Assembly: GCA_973851085.1 (NCBI GenBank)
Contig: OZ316775.1
Coordinates: 20,894,001-20,958,000, forward strand
From: Ptychomitrium polyphyllum
Lineage: Eukaryota
Direction: 5' to 3'
Length of the DNA stretch: 64,000 bases
The notes under the pieces are model-generated. The model worked only from the letters and a program-made list of their open reading frames with translations, was not told the origin of the DNA and searched no databases. This document shows, in pieces, positions 63,101 through 64,000 of this stretch. The position numbers were made by a program, and so were the translations under genes. Positions within the stretch are counted from its first letter, which is position 1, and each line of letters starts with the position of its first letter.

Positions 63101-64000
63101 CTTGGCCTATTCCCCTCTTCTTGCTCCATTCGCATCACAACCACAAATTGATTATTCTCTAGTTGTTCTAAGGAGACTAAGTTCAACTTGCCTCTAGCAA
63201 CCATAGGGGTCCTAGTCAACTTCAATATTGTCTCCTTTCCACCACGGCGCACTACTAACCGTACTGGCTTTCGCTTCACATCCACCACATGAGTTTCGAA
63301 AAAGGTATCACCTAAAATGAGGTCTACCTCATCCATCTCACATAGTGTAAAGCTTTCCTTCAACTCCAATGTTCCACTGCTTAAGGCCACATCCAACACT
63401 ACCTCTTTCGTCTCGTACGGTTTGCCTTTTGCAAATCGCACGTTGATGGGCTTGCTAGCTTTTTGAGCCGACAAGCCCAACTCCCTTGCTAGCTTGGGAC
63501 TCATGAAGGAGGGCGTTGCCCCTGTGTCAATCAAACATGAAACATTTTTGCCATTTATTTGGGCCTCAAGGTATAAGAGACTCGACCTTGGCTTAAGGCT
63601 ACTAGCCTTGGCCACAAATCCACCTTCTAAAATGTGATCCACAACACAAGTGTGACAAGCTTTGGTACTCACCTTTTTATCGAGGCACTCCGCAATGAAG
63701 TGACCAATCTTGCCACACCCGTGGCAACGCTTGTGCTTCACTTTAGCACTCTTATCTCCCGATTTGAATGGTTTTCATAATGGTCCACTTTGTTGTAGGC
63801 CCTTCCATCTACTTGTCCCTTGTGTTTGTTTCCAAAGCCAAATTTCTTGCGTTCTCCGCCGCGAGATATATTTCGGCTCAATCCACTTTGTTGAGAGGAA
63901 CCACTTGATTTTCTTTCGGGACCGTCAGCTTCAATTCTTTCCGCGATCTTAATGATTCCTGCCACATCCCCCGGAAGCTTTGGGAACTTGAACAAGGCGT
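60187..64000 (-). pseudogene. pol: gag-pol with one in-frame TAG (61839-61837) and a frameshift plus stop in gag (~63775-63815)
   Basis: [14 protein letters not shown] knuckle; LIDTGA protease; YIDD RT; TDAS RNase H; HHCC, DDE (SMDF/SDRD/TEQVN) and GPF integrase motifs; chromodomain EYEVE...YLVKWRGY...ATW. Confidence 0.93.

Larger units (their letters stand above)
58253..64000 (-). mobile_element. Ty3/gypsy chromovirus LTR retrotransposon (partial), inserted into or next to the older element
   Basis: Domain order gag-ZnK-PR-RT-RH-INT-chromodomain on the minus strand. Confidence 0.95.

Overview
Eukaryotic, intron-rich land-plant DNA; gene families and retroelement type suggest a moss or other bryophyte (inference). 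Gene models were built by hand from GT-AG boundaries and frame phases. Left to right: a partial plastid-targeted gene, a 7-exon plastid membrane protein, a divergent alkaline ceramidase, an intronless divergent AP2/ERF-domain factor, a 5-exon TPR/coiled-coil/HMA fusion, a CRAL-TRIO (Sec14-like) gene and chloroplast Iojap/RsfS. Then comes a ~4.07-kb inverted duplication carrying a very GC-rich CHZ histone-chaperone gene and an orphan 260-aa ORF; the doubled spacer around its 100-N gap is probably a scaffolding artefact. A group-C bZIP and a nested Ty3/gypsy (chromovirus) cluster end the window. Best leads: (1) two tandem 37-nt exons in the Sec14-like gene, only 41 nt apart, which look mutually exclusive; (2) the gene-bearing palindrome; (3) the TPR-CC-HMA fusion; (4) heat-shock-element arrays in a solo LTR; (5) a doubled PPT module in the chromovirus. 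No database searches were possible; family calls rest on recognised motifs.
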